Source of the DNA: Paracoccaceae bacterium
GTDB taxonomy: Bacteria; Pseudomonadota; Alphaproteobacteria; Rhodobacterales; Rhodobacteraceae
Assembly (NCBI GenBank): GCA_020832445.1
Contig: JAFIEO010000051.1
Span: 232-64,231 of the forward strand
Reading direction: 5' to 3'
DNA: 64,000 nucleotides
A program made the position numbers and the translations under genes. Positions 28,819-37,502 of this stretch are shown one piece after another. Position 1 is the stretch's first letter. Every line of letters starts with the position of its first letter. The notes below the pieces were generated by a model, which worked only from the letters and a program-made list of their open reading frames with translations, had not been told where the DNA came from and did no database searches.

Positions 28819-31140
28819 TTAGCGTTTCTTCATCGCAGCCTGTAGCGCCGCGCCAAGCCCGCCCATCTGGGGCGCGGTGTCTGCCTTGGGCTGTGGTTTA
28901 GCCTGTGGCTTTCCTTGCGATTTCGCGGCGGGTTTGGTGGTGTCGCGACGCGCATCGCGCGAGGTAGCAGGGGCAGCGGCCGCAGCATCCGACGCGCCAT
29001 CCTTGCGCATTGTCAGCCCGATTCGTTTGCGCGGCACGTCTACGTCCACCACCCGCACGCGCACCACATCGCCGGTTTTCACCACCTCATGGGGGTCTTT
29101 TACAAAACGGTCGGCCAGTTGGCTGACATGCACCAACCCGTCCTGATGCACACCAATATCGACAAATGCCCCGAAGGCCGCGACATTGGTGACCGTGCCT
29201 TCCAGTGACATACCGGGGCGCAGATCGGTGATGGTGTCTATCCCGTCGGCAAAACTGGCGGTCTTGAACTCAGGGCGCGGGTCGCGGCCGGGTTTTTCCA
29301 GCTCGCTCAGAATGTCGCGCACAGTGGGCAGGCCGAAACTGTCATCGACAAAATCCGCCGGTTCCAGTGACCGCAGAACGGACGGTGCGGCCATCAGCGC
29401 AGTCAGGTCCTTGCCGGTTGCCTTGACGATGCGCCGCGCCAGTGCATAGGCTTCGGGGTGAACGGATGACGCGTCCAGCGGTTCGGCCCCATCGCGGATG
29501 CGCAAGAACCCCGCCGCCTGTTCGAAGGCTTTCGGGCCAAGGCGCGCAACCTTCAGCAATTCCTTGCGGGTTTTGAACGGGCCTGTTGCATCGCGGTGGG
29601 CAACAATGGCTTCGGCCAGTGTTTGCCCCAGCCCCGACACCCGCGCCAGCAGGGGCGGGGATGCGGTGTTCAGGTCCACACCGACTGCGTTCACTGCATC
29701 TTCGACCACGGCATCCAGCATCCGCGCAAGGCGGGATTGGTTCACATCATGCTGATACTGGCCCACGCCAATGCTTTTGGGGTCAATTTTGACCAGCTCG
29801 GCCAGCGGGTCCTGCAGGCGCCGTGCAATGGACACAGCGCCGCGTAAACTGACATCCAGATCCGGAAATTCTGCCGAGGCCAGCGCAGACGCCGAATAGA
29901 CCGATGCGCCCGCTTCCGACACCACCACTTTGGCCGGTTTCGCGCTGCCCGGAAGCTGCGCCAGCAAATCCGTGACCATGCGTTCGCTTTCGCGGCTGGC
30001 CGTGCCGTTGCCGATGGCGATCAAGGCCACCTTGTGGCGGGCAATCAGCGCAGCCAGCGTGGCCTGTGCGCCGCGCAGGTCATTCCTGGGCTGGAACGGA
30101 TAGATTGTTTCCGTGTCCAGTAATTTGCCTGTCCCGTCTACCACTGCAACCTTGCAGCCAGTGCGAATGCCCGGATCAATGCCCAGCGTCACACGGTTGC
30201 CCGCAGGGGCGGCCAGTAACAGGTCATGCAGGTTGCGCGCGAAAACGCGAATGGCCTCTTCTTCGGCGCGTTCGCGCAATTCGGCCATCAGGTCAATACT
30301 TAACGACAGCTTCAGCTTGATGCGCCATGTCCAGTCGCAGGCGGTGGCCAGCCAGTCGTCCGCCGCGCCACTGCCGCCAATACCCACAGTTGCGCGCACC
30401 ATGCGTTCAACGGGCGCGGTGTCTTGCAATGTCAGGTCAAGATGCAGGAACCCTTCATTGCGGCCGCGCAGCATGGCAAGGGCGCGGTGGCTTGGGCAGG
30501 TTTTCAACGCTTCGGAATGCGCGAAATAATCGCTGAACTTCGCGCCCTCGGCTTCCTTGCCATCCGCGACAGTGGCGGTAATTGCGCCGTTGCTGCGCAT
30601 ATGGTCGCGCAAGCGGCCCAGCAATGCGGCATCTTCCGACAGACGTTCGGCCATAATGTCGCGCGCGCCGGTCAGCGCGGCCTTGGTGTCGGGGACAGCA
30701 TCAGACACATAGGCGCCAGCAAGTGCCTGCGGGTCGCGCCGTTCGGTCAGGATGGCATCCAGCAGGGGTTCCAGCCCGTTTTCGCGCGCGATCATCGCTT
30801 TGGTGCGGCGCTTGGGTTTATAGGGCAGATACAGATCTTCAAGCGTGGCCTTGGTGTCGGCCCCTGCAAGCGCGCGCGCCAGATCATCACTTAGCTTGCC
30901 CTGCTCGGATATGGATTTGACAATCGCCGTGCGCCGGTCTTCCAACTCGCGCAGATAGGTCAGGCGTTCTGCCAACAGGCGCAGTTGTGTATCATCCAGC
31001 CCGCCGGTCACTTCCTTGCGATAGCGTGCGATGAAGGGAACTGTGGCCCCTTCGTCCAGTAGCGCGATAGCGGCCTGCACCTGTTGCGGGCGGGCGTTGA
31101 CATCTGTTGCAATGCGGGCGGCGATCTGGGGGGCGGTCAT
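28819..31140 (-). CDS. tex: Tex-like transcription accessory protein (YqgF/HhH/S1 domains)
   Basis: N-terminus [45 protein letters not shown] is the hallmark Tex start. C-terminal S1 domain ([16 protein letters not shown]) and a basic tail. Confidence 0.9.
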   Translation of the reverse strand: MTAPQIAARIATDVNARPQQVQAAIALLDEGATVPFIARYRKEVTGGLDDTQLRLLAERLTYLRELEDRRTAIVKSISEQGKLSDDLARALAGADTKATLEDLYLPYKPKRRTKAMIARENGLEPLLDAILTERRDPQALAGAYVSDAVPDTKAALTGARDIMAERLSEDAALLGRLRDHMRSNGAITATVADGKEAEGAKFSDYFAHSEALKTCPSHRALAMLRGRNEGFLHLDLTLQDTAPVERMVRATVGIGGSGAADDWLATACDWTWRIKLKLSLSIDLMAELRERAEEEAIRVFARNLHDLLLAAPAGNRVTLGIDPGIRTGCKVAVVDGTGKLLDTETIYPFQPRNDLRGAQATLAALIARHKVALIAIGNGTASRESERMVTDLLAQLPGSAKPAKVVVSEAGASVYSASALASAEFPDLDVSLRGAVSIARRLQDPLAELVKIDPKSIGVGQYQHDVNQSRLARMLDAVVEDAVNAVGVDLNTASPPLLARVSGLGQTLAEAIVAHRDATGPFKTRKELLKVARLGPKAFEQAAGFLRIRDGAEPLDASSVHPEAYALARRIVKATGKDLTALMAAPSVLRSLEPADFVDDSFGLPTVRDILSELEKPGRDPRPEFKTASFADGIDTITDLRPGMSLEGTVTNVAAFGAFVDIGVHQDGLVHVSQLADRFVKDPHEVVKTGDVVRVRVVDVDVPRKRIGLTMRKDGASDAAAAAPATSRDARRDTTKPAAKSQGKPQAKPQPKADTAPQMGGLGAALQAAMKKR

Positions 31141-31209
31141 GACACTCCTGAACAGCTATGGACTGGGGAAGCCCTCGATACCTGCGGGCAAACACCACGG
31201 CAAGCCCTG

Positions 31210-31827
31210 TCAGGGGGGCACGGCATAGCGGGCCAGAAACATGTCGACCGCCCCGTCGGCCACGCGCGCAATGTCTGCATCACTTACGTCTGTCTGCACG
31301 CCGCACAGCATGCGGTCGCAAAGGGTTGTCTGGCATAACTGAAAGAACTGGTCGGCGGCAAGGTCGATATCATCAATGGCCAGCGTGCCGCGCGCCACTG
31401 CCTGCCGGAAATAGGCCCCCAGTCGTGCGCGCCCCAGTTCCGGCCCGTTTTCATAAAATGCCTGCCCGATTTCGGGAAAGCGCGGCGCTTCGGACACGCA
31501 GATGCGGAACATGGCAATGCCGAAATCCGACATCAGATAGCCGATCAGGCGCAGTGCCGTGGCATGCAATGCCTGTCGGGGCGGGGCATCGGGGGTCAGC
31601 AGGTCAAGCGCCGCATCGGCAAGATTCAGAATTTCGGTCTGATACACTTCGGTGAAAAGCTGTCGTTTGTCAGGGAAATAGCTGTAAAGCGTGGCCTTTG
31701 ATACGCCGGCAACCCGCGCAATTTCATCGACATTGGCGCGTTCATAGCCCATTTCGATGAAAACCTGCCGCGCACCTTCCAGAACCTGCCCGATTTTGCG
31801 GCCTTGCCTGATCTTGTGTGTTGTCAC
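31210..31827 (-). CDS. TetR/AcrR-family transcriptional regulator
   Basis: ORF 31210..31911. HTH NVDEIARVAGVSKATLYSYFPDK. I prefer the GTG at 31827 (VTTHKIRQGRK), but the start is uncertain. Divergent from a transporter gene. Confidence 0.8.
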   Translation of the reverse strand: MTTHKIRQGRKIGQVLEGARQVFIEMGYERANVDEIARVAGVSKATLYSYFPDKRQLFTEVYQTEILNLADAALDLLTPDAPPRQALHATALRLIGYLMSDFGIAMFRICVSEAPRFPEIGQAFYENGPELGRARLGAYFRQAVARGTLAIDDIDLAADQFFQLCQTTLCDRMLCGVQTDVSDADIARVADGAVDMFLARYAVPP

Positions 31828-31930
31828 TGTGCTGATGTCCCCCTGTAGGCTGTAGGATAGTGGCTGGAAATCGGCAAGGAAAGCGCACAATATGCAAATG
31901 CGACGTTTCACATGTTAATTCCGGGTCAAG

Positions 31931-32860
31931 ATGGTCGAAATATTTCTGAAAACATTGCCATTCTTTGCCCTGATCGGTGTGGGCTTCGGTGCGGGGCGGT
32001 CCGGGTTCTTTCCCGGGCAGGCCACGGCCTATCTGACCAAGTTCGTCTTTTACTTTGCGCTGTCGGCCATGCTGTTCGGGTTTGCCGCCAATCTTAGTTT
32101 CGCCGACTTGCTGGATATGCAGGCAGCGGGGGCGTATCTGCTGGCCTGTGCGGTGGTCTATGGCGTGGTCATGCTGGTCGCGTTCGCGCGGCGCGCGAAA
32201 CTTGACACCGCCACCATCGAGGCCCACTGCGCCATTATCGGCAATACCGGCTTTTTGGGCGTGCCGATGCTGGTTGTCTTGCTGGGCGAGGCATCGGTCA
32301 AGACCGTGTTGCTGGTGCTGACCATCGACCTGATCGTGTTTTCATCGCTGTTTACGGTGCTGATTACCTTCGCGCGGGGTGGCGGCGTGGATTGGCGCCT
32401 GCCTGCGCGGCTGTTCGGGGCGGTGTTGCGCAACCCGATGGTTGTGGCCATGGCGCTGGGGCTGACATGGTCGGCAACAGGGTGGCAGGTGCCCGTGCCC
32501 GTCAATGACTTCCTGACACTTCTGGGGGCTGCGGCGACACCTTGCGCGCTGTTTGCGATCGGGGCCTCGCTTGCGGACAAGAAGCTGGAGCGGTTGCAGA
32601 TTGTGTCCTGGCTGTCCTTTGCCAAACTGTTCTTGCACCCCGCTGCCGTGGCCGTGGCCGCGCTGGGCCTGTTTTCAGTGGACCCCTATGTTGCAGGCGT
32701 CCTGATTGCGGCGGCTGCGCTGCCGGTTGCGGGCAATGTCTTTATTCTGGCCCAGCATTATCAGGCGGGTCCGGCGCGGGTTTCAGCCACGATTCTGGTG
32801 TCCACACTGATCAGCATTGCCACCGTGCCTGTCGTGATTGCATGGGTCACCGGCTTCTGA
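31931..32860 (+). CDS. AEC-family (auxin efflux carrier-like) membrane transporter
   Basis: About 10-TM protein with N-terminus MVEIFLKTLPFFALIGVGFGAGR, typical of the AEC/Mem_trans family. Confidence 0.8.
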   Translation: MVEIFLKTLPFFALIGVGFGAGRSGFFPGQATAYLTKFVFYFALSAMLFGFAANLSFADLLDMQAAGAYLLACAVVYGVVMLVAFARRAKLDTATIEAHCAIIGNTGFLGVPMLVVLLGEASVKTVLLVLTIDLIVFSSLFTVLITFARGGGVDWRLPARLFGAVLRNPMVVAMALGLTWSATGWQVPVPVNDFLTLLGAAATPCALFAIGASLADKKLERLQIVSWLSFAKLFLHPAAVAVAALGLFSVDPYVAGVLIAAAALPVAGNVFILAQHYQAGPARVSATILVSTLISIATVPVVIAWVTGF

Positions 32861-32890
32861 CACAGTGCTGGAAAATGAACGGAGAATGCT

Positions 32891-33721
32891 ATGGAAACGG
32901 TTTCTGAAAACGCCTGTTTCGGGGGCGTGCAGGGTGTATATCGGCACGCATCGGGGGCATTGGGGTGTGACATGACCTTCGGGTTGTTCCTGCCTGCCGA
33001 AGCGCGGCTGCATCCGGTGCCGGTGCTGTGGTATCTGTCGGGCCTGACCTGCACGCATGAAAACGCGATGAACAAGGCGGGCGCGCAGGCCCATGCCGCC
33101 GCGCATGGTCTGGCGCTGGTGTTTCCCGACACTTCCCCGCGCGGGGAGGGCGTGGCCGATGATGATGCCTTTGATCTGGGGCAGGGCGCGGGCTTTTATG
33201 TGAATGCCACACAAGACCCGTGGGCCAGACACTACCGCATGTGGGACTACATCACGGATGAGTTGCCGCGTGTCCTGATGGGCAATTTCGCGCTGGAAGA
33301 AGACCGTCAGGCCATTACCGGCCATTCAATGGGCGGGCATGGCGCGCTGAGTATGGCCATGCACCTGCCGGGGCGCTTTGCGTCGGTGTCGGCCTTCGCG
33401 CCGATTGCCAACCCGACCGCCAGTGACTGGGGGCGCAAGCAGTTCGCGGCCTATCTGGGACCGGATGAACGCGCATGGGCCGCACATGATTCCAGCCTGC
33501 TGATGGCAGAGCACGGCTTTCGGGGCGAGGTGCTGATAGATCAGGGCGCGTCCGACCAGTTTCTGGACCTGCTGCGACCCGAAGCGCTGGCCCACGCCAT
33601 GGCCGCGCGCCGCCAGTCCGGCACGTTCCGCATGCAGGCGGGGTATGACCACAGCTATTTCTTTGTTTCCAGTTTCATGGGCGAACATGTCGCCTTTCAT
33701 GCGAAGGCGCTTGCACAATGA
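32891..33721 (+). CDS. fghA: S-formylglutathione hydrolase (esterase D)
   Basis: Collinear with E. coli FrmB/YeiG as I remember them: FGGVQGVYRH...PVLWYLSGLTC...PDTSPRG...GHSMGGHGAL...DQG..DQFL. Confidence 0.9.
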   Translation: METVSENACFGGVQGVYRHASGALGCDMTFGLFLPAEARLHPVPVLWYLSGLTCTHENAMNKAGAQAHAAAHGLALVFPDTSPRGEGVADDDAFDLGQGAGFYVNATQDPWARHYRMWDYITDELPRVLMGNFALEEDRQAITGHSMGGHGALSMAMHLPGRFASVSAFAPIANPTASDWGRKQFAAYLGPDERAWAAHDSSLLMAEHGFRGEVLIDQGASDQFLDLLRPEALAHAMAARRQSGTFRMQAGYDHSYFFVSSFMGEHVAFHAKALAQ

Positions 33722-34332
33722 TACGCGATATTCACGCTGTGGTTTTTGACATCGGCAATGTCCTGATCGGCTGGAACCCCGAACAGTTTTATGATGGGCT
33801 TATCGGACAGGACCGGCGCAAGGCGCTGTTCGCAGCGGTTGATCTGGACGGAATGAATGCCCGCATCGACCGTGGCGCGCCGTTTCATGCAACGGTTTTG
33901 GGCATGATTGACGACCACCCCGACTGGAAGCGCGAGATCATGATCTGGCATGACCGCTGGATTGACATGATCACGCCGGCTATTGCCCCATCCGTGCAGA
34001 TACTGCGCAATCTGCGCGCGCAATCGGTTCCGGTTTATGCCTTGTCGAATTTCGGTGATGATACATTCACAATGGCGCCGAAAAAATATGATTTTCTGCA
34101 TGAGTTTGATCGCGCCTTTATTTCCGGCCGCCTGGGCGTAATGAAACCCGAAGCGCGCATCTATCAGATAGTGGAAGATGAAACCGGTGTTGCGCCGGAA
34201 AACCTGTTCTTTATTGATGATCGCGCAGACAATATTGAAGCTGCTTTGTCGCGCGGTTGGGCGGGGCATGTGTTCCAGTCGTCTGATGGGCTGAAAGACG
34301 CGCTTGCACAGATCAAGCTGCCAAACCGATAG
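33718..34332 (+). CDS. HAD-superfamily hydrolase
   Basis: ATGA overlap with fghA. Motif I VVFDIGNVL, later SNF...(K)P and FIDDRADNIEAA. Confidence 0.75.
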   Translation: MIRDIHAVVFDIGNVLIGWNPEQFYDGLIGQDRRKALFAAVDLDGMNARIDRGAPFHATVLGMIDDHPDWKREIMIWHDRWIDMITPAIAPSVQILRNLRAQSVPVYALSNFGDDTFTMAPKKYDFLHEFDRAFISGRLGVMKPEARIYQIVEDETGVAPENLFFIDDRADNIEAALSRGWAGHVFQSSDGLKDALAQIKLPNR

Positions 34333-34347
34333 ATATAGAGGGGCAGA

Positions 34348-35277
34348 ATGACATTTCCCATCATTTCTGCGGATATTGAACCGCATCTGAACTGGCGAGA
34401 GTTGACAGCCGCGTTTGAACAGGCGCACCGGCTGCCAAAAGCGGAAATCAGCGATAGTTTTCTGTACCGGCGTGGTGATACGCTGTTGTCGCGTGCGGCA
34501 TGGATTGACGGGATGGGGGCCTTGGTGAAAACCGCGTCAATTTTTCCCGACAATCCGGCGCAGGGCCTGCCATCGGTGAATGGCGGTGTGTCGCTGTATT
34601 CTGATACAGACGGCACGTTGCAGGCGATGGTTGATTTTCATCTGGTCACAAAGTGGAAAACCGCAGGCGACAGTTTGCTGGCAGCGCAGTATCTGGCGCG
34701 CCCAGAAAGCCGTAACATTACCCTTGTGGGGTCCGGCGCTGTTGCGCGCAGCATGCATTCCGCTTATCGCGCGATTTTTCCAGACGCGAATTTCACAATC
34801 TGGAGTCGCCGTTTCAATACTGCGGCAGAACTGGCGGCGGATTTGCGGGATGCCGTGGCCGCGCAGGATCTGGAACAGGCGGTCGCACAGGCTGACATAA
34901 TCTGCACCGCCACCATGAGCACAACGCCGGTTATTCATGGCGAATGGTTGAAACCGGGCCAGCATCTGGACCTGATCGGGGCTTATCGCCCTGATATGCG
35001 CGAGGTGGATGACATCGCCTTGCAGCGCGCAGCCCTGTTTGTCGACAGTCGTGATACGACGCTGGACCATATCGGGGAATTGAAAGACCCGCTGTCGCGT
35101 GGCGCAATTAACCGTGACGACATTATTGCGGATTATTATGATATTTCCAAAGGTAAATTTAAAAGGCCATCCGCAGATGCAATTACGATTTGCAAAAACG
35201 GTGGCGGCGCACATCTTGATTTGATAACAAGCCATTATATCCTGTCCAAATGGCAGATGCACACACCAGATCGTTAA
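34348..35277 (+). CDS. Ornithine cyclodeaminase / mu-crystallin family protein
   Basis: Rossmann site TLVGSGAVARS and overall length and pattern of the OCD_Mu_crystall family. Confidence 0.7.
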   Translation: MTFPIISADIEPHLNWRELTAAFEQAHRLPKAEISDSFLYRRGDTLLSRAAWIDGMGALVKTASIFPDNPAQGLPSVNGGVSLYSDTDGTLQAMVDFHLVTKWKTAGDSLLAAQYLARPESRNITLVGSGAVARSMHSAYRAIFPDANFTIWSRRFNTAAELAADLRDAVAAQDLEQAVAQADIICTATMSTTPVIHGEWLKPGQHLDLIGAYRPDMREVDDIALQRAALFVDSRDTTLDHIGELKDPLSRGAINRDDIIADYYDISKGKFKRPSADAITICKNGGGAHLDLITSHYILSKWQMHTPDR

Positions 35278-35345
35278 TTTGAATCGACTTGCCAAAGGTT
35301 TTGTTTTGGTGCAGGACAGAGCTTGGAAAAATATATGAGGGTATC

Positions 35346-35657
35346 ATGATTGATCTGAACACACTTTCATTGGCCGACCTGAAAAAATTGCAAAAAGATG
35401 TCACCAAGGCTATCGAAAGTTTCCATGATCGCGAGCGTAAGGCCGCGATTGCCGAGCTGGAAGTTGTTGCAAAGGAACGTGGCTTTACGCTGGCGCAGTT
35501 GTTGGACGAAACAACAGTAAAACCACGCAAGCCTGTTGAACCGAAATATGCCAACCCTGCGAACCCTTCGGAAACGTGGTCTGGCCGTGGGCGCAAACCG
35601 CGCTGGGTTGTGGCCGCGTTGGATGCCGGAAAAAGCCTTGATGATCTGGCCATCTGA
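35346..35657 (+). CDS. H-NS-family nucleoid-associated protein (HvrA/SPB-like)
   Basis: ORF 35289..35657. Start moved to ATG 35346 (MIDLNTLSLADLKKLQ). Coiled-coil N-half, and the C-terminal DNA-binding motif TWSGRGRKPRW (compare H-NS TWTGQGRTP). AT-rich locus. Confidence 0.85.
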   Translation: MIDLNTLSLADLKKLQKDVTKAIESFHDRERKAAIAELEVVAKERGFTLAQLLDETTVKPRKPVEPKYANPANPSETWSGRGRKPRWVVAALDAGKSLDDLAI

Positions 35658-35662
35658 TTGTT

Positions 35663-36553
35663 GTGCTTCAAACTGCGCACAAGACATACAGGTTCTTGGT
35701 TGATTTTTATACGATAATGTCCGACCGGAATATCGGGCTTATATCGGCAGGGGTCGCATTTTTTACCTTGTTGGCGGTATTTCCCGCTATTGCGGCCTTT
35801 ATTTCCCTGTTCGGTGTTTTTTCAGATCCGCTTGCCCTGCAACACCAGTTGTCGCTGATACAGGACCTGGTGCCGCCTGCGGCTTTTACCTTGCTGGAAA
35901 ACCAGATCATGCGTCTGGTGTGGTCCAATGACGGTACATTGGGCTGGGCGGGTCTGTTGTCCACATTGATTGCATTGTTTCTGGCCCGTCAGGGTGTGGA
36001 TGCAATGTTGCGCGGCATGAATGCCATCTATGGCAGTCGGCGGCGCACTGGCCTAAAGCACCTGCTGGCGGTGGCTGTTATTACGCTGGGGATGGTGCTT
36101 GCGGGCATTGTTGCCCTGCTTGCGTTGCTGGTGCTGCCGGTGGTGCTGGCCATCTTTCCGCTGGCCGGACTGAACGCGTTGCTGGTCGAAGTGTCGCGCT
36201 GGTCGGTCACGTTCGGACTGGTGGCGTTGTGGTTATGGGTGTTTTACCGCATTGGCCCAGTGCGCAGCCGTGGCAGCTATGCCAGCATCAAACCCGGACT
36301 TGCACTTGCGATGATCCTTTGGATTCTGGTGTCCGTTGGGTTTTCCTACTTCCTGTCCAATTTTGGCCGCTACAACGAAGTATACGGATCACTTGGGGCG
36401 GTGGTCGCGTTGTTGATGTGGTTCTACCTGTCGGCCTATGTGGTGTTGCTGGGGGGCGTGCTGAACGCCATGATCGACAAAGGGCACCACGTCGCGCCGC
36501 CCCTGGCGCCTAGCCCCATGTCGGATGAAAACGACCCGCAGGCGACAGGGTGA
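35663..36553 (+). CDS. YihY/BrkB-family membrane protein
   Basis: GTG start 5 nt after the H-NS stop. ISAGVAFFTLLAVFPAIAAFISLFG and six TM segments are typical of YihY. Confidence 0.75.
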   Translation: MLQTAHKTYRFLVDFYTIMSDRNIGLISAGVAFFTLLAVFPAIAAFISLFGVFSDPLALQHQLSLIQDLVPPAAFTLLENQIMRLVWSNDGTLGWAGLLSTLIALFLARQGVDAMLRGMNAIYGSRRRTGLKHLLAVAVITLGMVLAGIVALLALLVLPVVLAIFPLAGLNALLVEVSRWSVTFGLVALWLWVFYRIGPVRSRGSYASIKPGLALAMILWILVSVGFSYFLSNFGRYNEVYGSLGAVVALLMWFYLSAYVVLLGGVLNAMIDKGHHVAPPLAPSPMSDENDPQATG

Positions 36554-37382
36554 AAATCTCAAACCCGCTTTCTGTCACACCGATCGAATGCTCGAACTGT
36601 GCAGACAGCATCTTGTCGCGCGTGATTGCGGTCCAGTCATCGGCCAGAACCACTGTCTCCGCGCGCCCCAGATTGACCATGGGTTCAATGGTAAAGAACA
36701 TGCCTTCTTGCAGCTTGGGACCACTTCCCGCGCGCCCGTAATGCAGGACATTGGGGGGGGAATGGAACACCCGCCCCAACCCGTGCCCGCAGAAATCGCG
36801 CACCACCGTCATGCGCTGGCTTTCGACATAGGACTGGATGGCGTGCCCGATATCGCCAAAGGTATTGCCCGGCCGCACCGCTTCTATGCCCAGCATCAGC
36901 GCATCATATGTAACCTGAATCAGCCGTTCGGCACGCCGCGGCAGTTTGCCTGCCGCATACATGCGCGATGTGTCCCCGAACCACCCGTCCACAACAACCG
37001 TGACATCGATGTTCAGAATGTCACCATCCTTCAGAACATCATCGCCGCGGCGTTTTTCGGGGTCTTTGGAAATGGTTTCATCCTTGCTCATGGGGATGGG
37101 CGCGCCGGGAATGCCGTGGCAGACAACATGGTTGACTGAAATACAACTGGCGTGCTGATAACCCCGATAGCCGATTGTTGCAGATGTGGCACCCGCAGAG
37201 TTCACCATTTCGGTGATCATGGCATCAATCGCGCCGGTGGTTTGCCCGGGAAAGATATGCTGTGCGATATCGTCCAGTATTCTGGCAGCAAGCTGTCCGG
37301 CCTTGTTCATTCCGGCAAAATCTGCCGGTTCATGAATGCGAATGCCATCTTTCGTAACGTGGCCTTTGTGTAACTCGTCCAA
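36510..37382 (-). CDS. map: Type I methionine aminopeptidase
   Basis: Metal ligands in context: VCHGIP, DIVNID-like (LNIDVTVVVDGWFGD), FCGHGLG, FTIEPM and EHSIGVTE. Confidence 0.9.
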   Translation of the reverse strand: MDELHKGHVTKDGIRIHEPADFAGMNKAGQLAARILDDIAQHIFPGQTTGAIDAMITEMVNSAGATSATIGYRGYQHASCISVNHVVCHGIPGAPIPMSKDETISKDPEKRRGDDVLKDGDILNIDVTVVVDGWFGDTSRMYAAGKLPRRAERLIQVTYDALMLGIEAVRPGNTFGDIGHAIQSYVESQRMTVVRDFCGHGLGRVFHSPPNVLHYGRAGSGPKLQEGMFFTIEPMVNLGRAETVVLADDWTAITRDKMLSAQFEHSIGVTESGFEIFTLSPAGRFHPTWG

Positions 37383-37502
37383 GAATGCCTCCGTCGGGAC
37401 TTGATCTGCTTCAGTTTTGCCTCAATAGCCGGAATGCGATACTCAGGCAATGTCATGCAATTTCTGACGGGATGATTCGTTTAAATATTAAGAGGCAATT
37501 TT

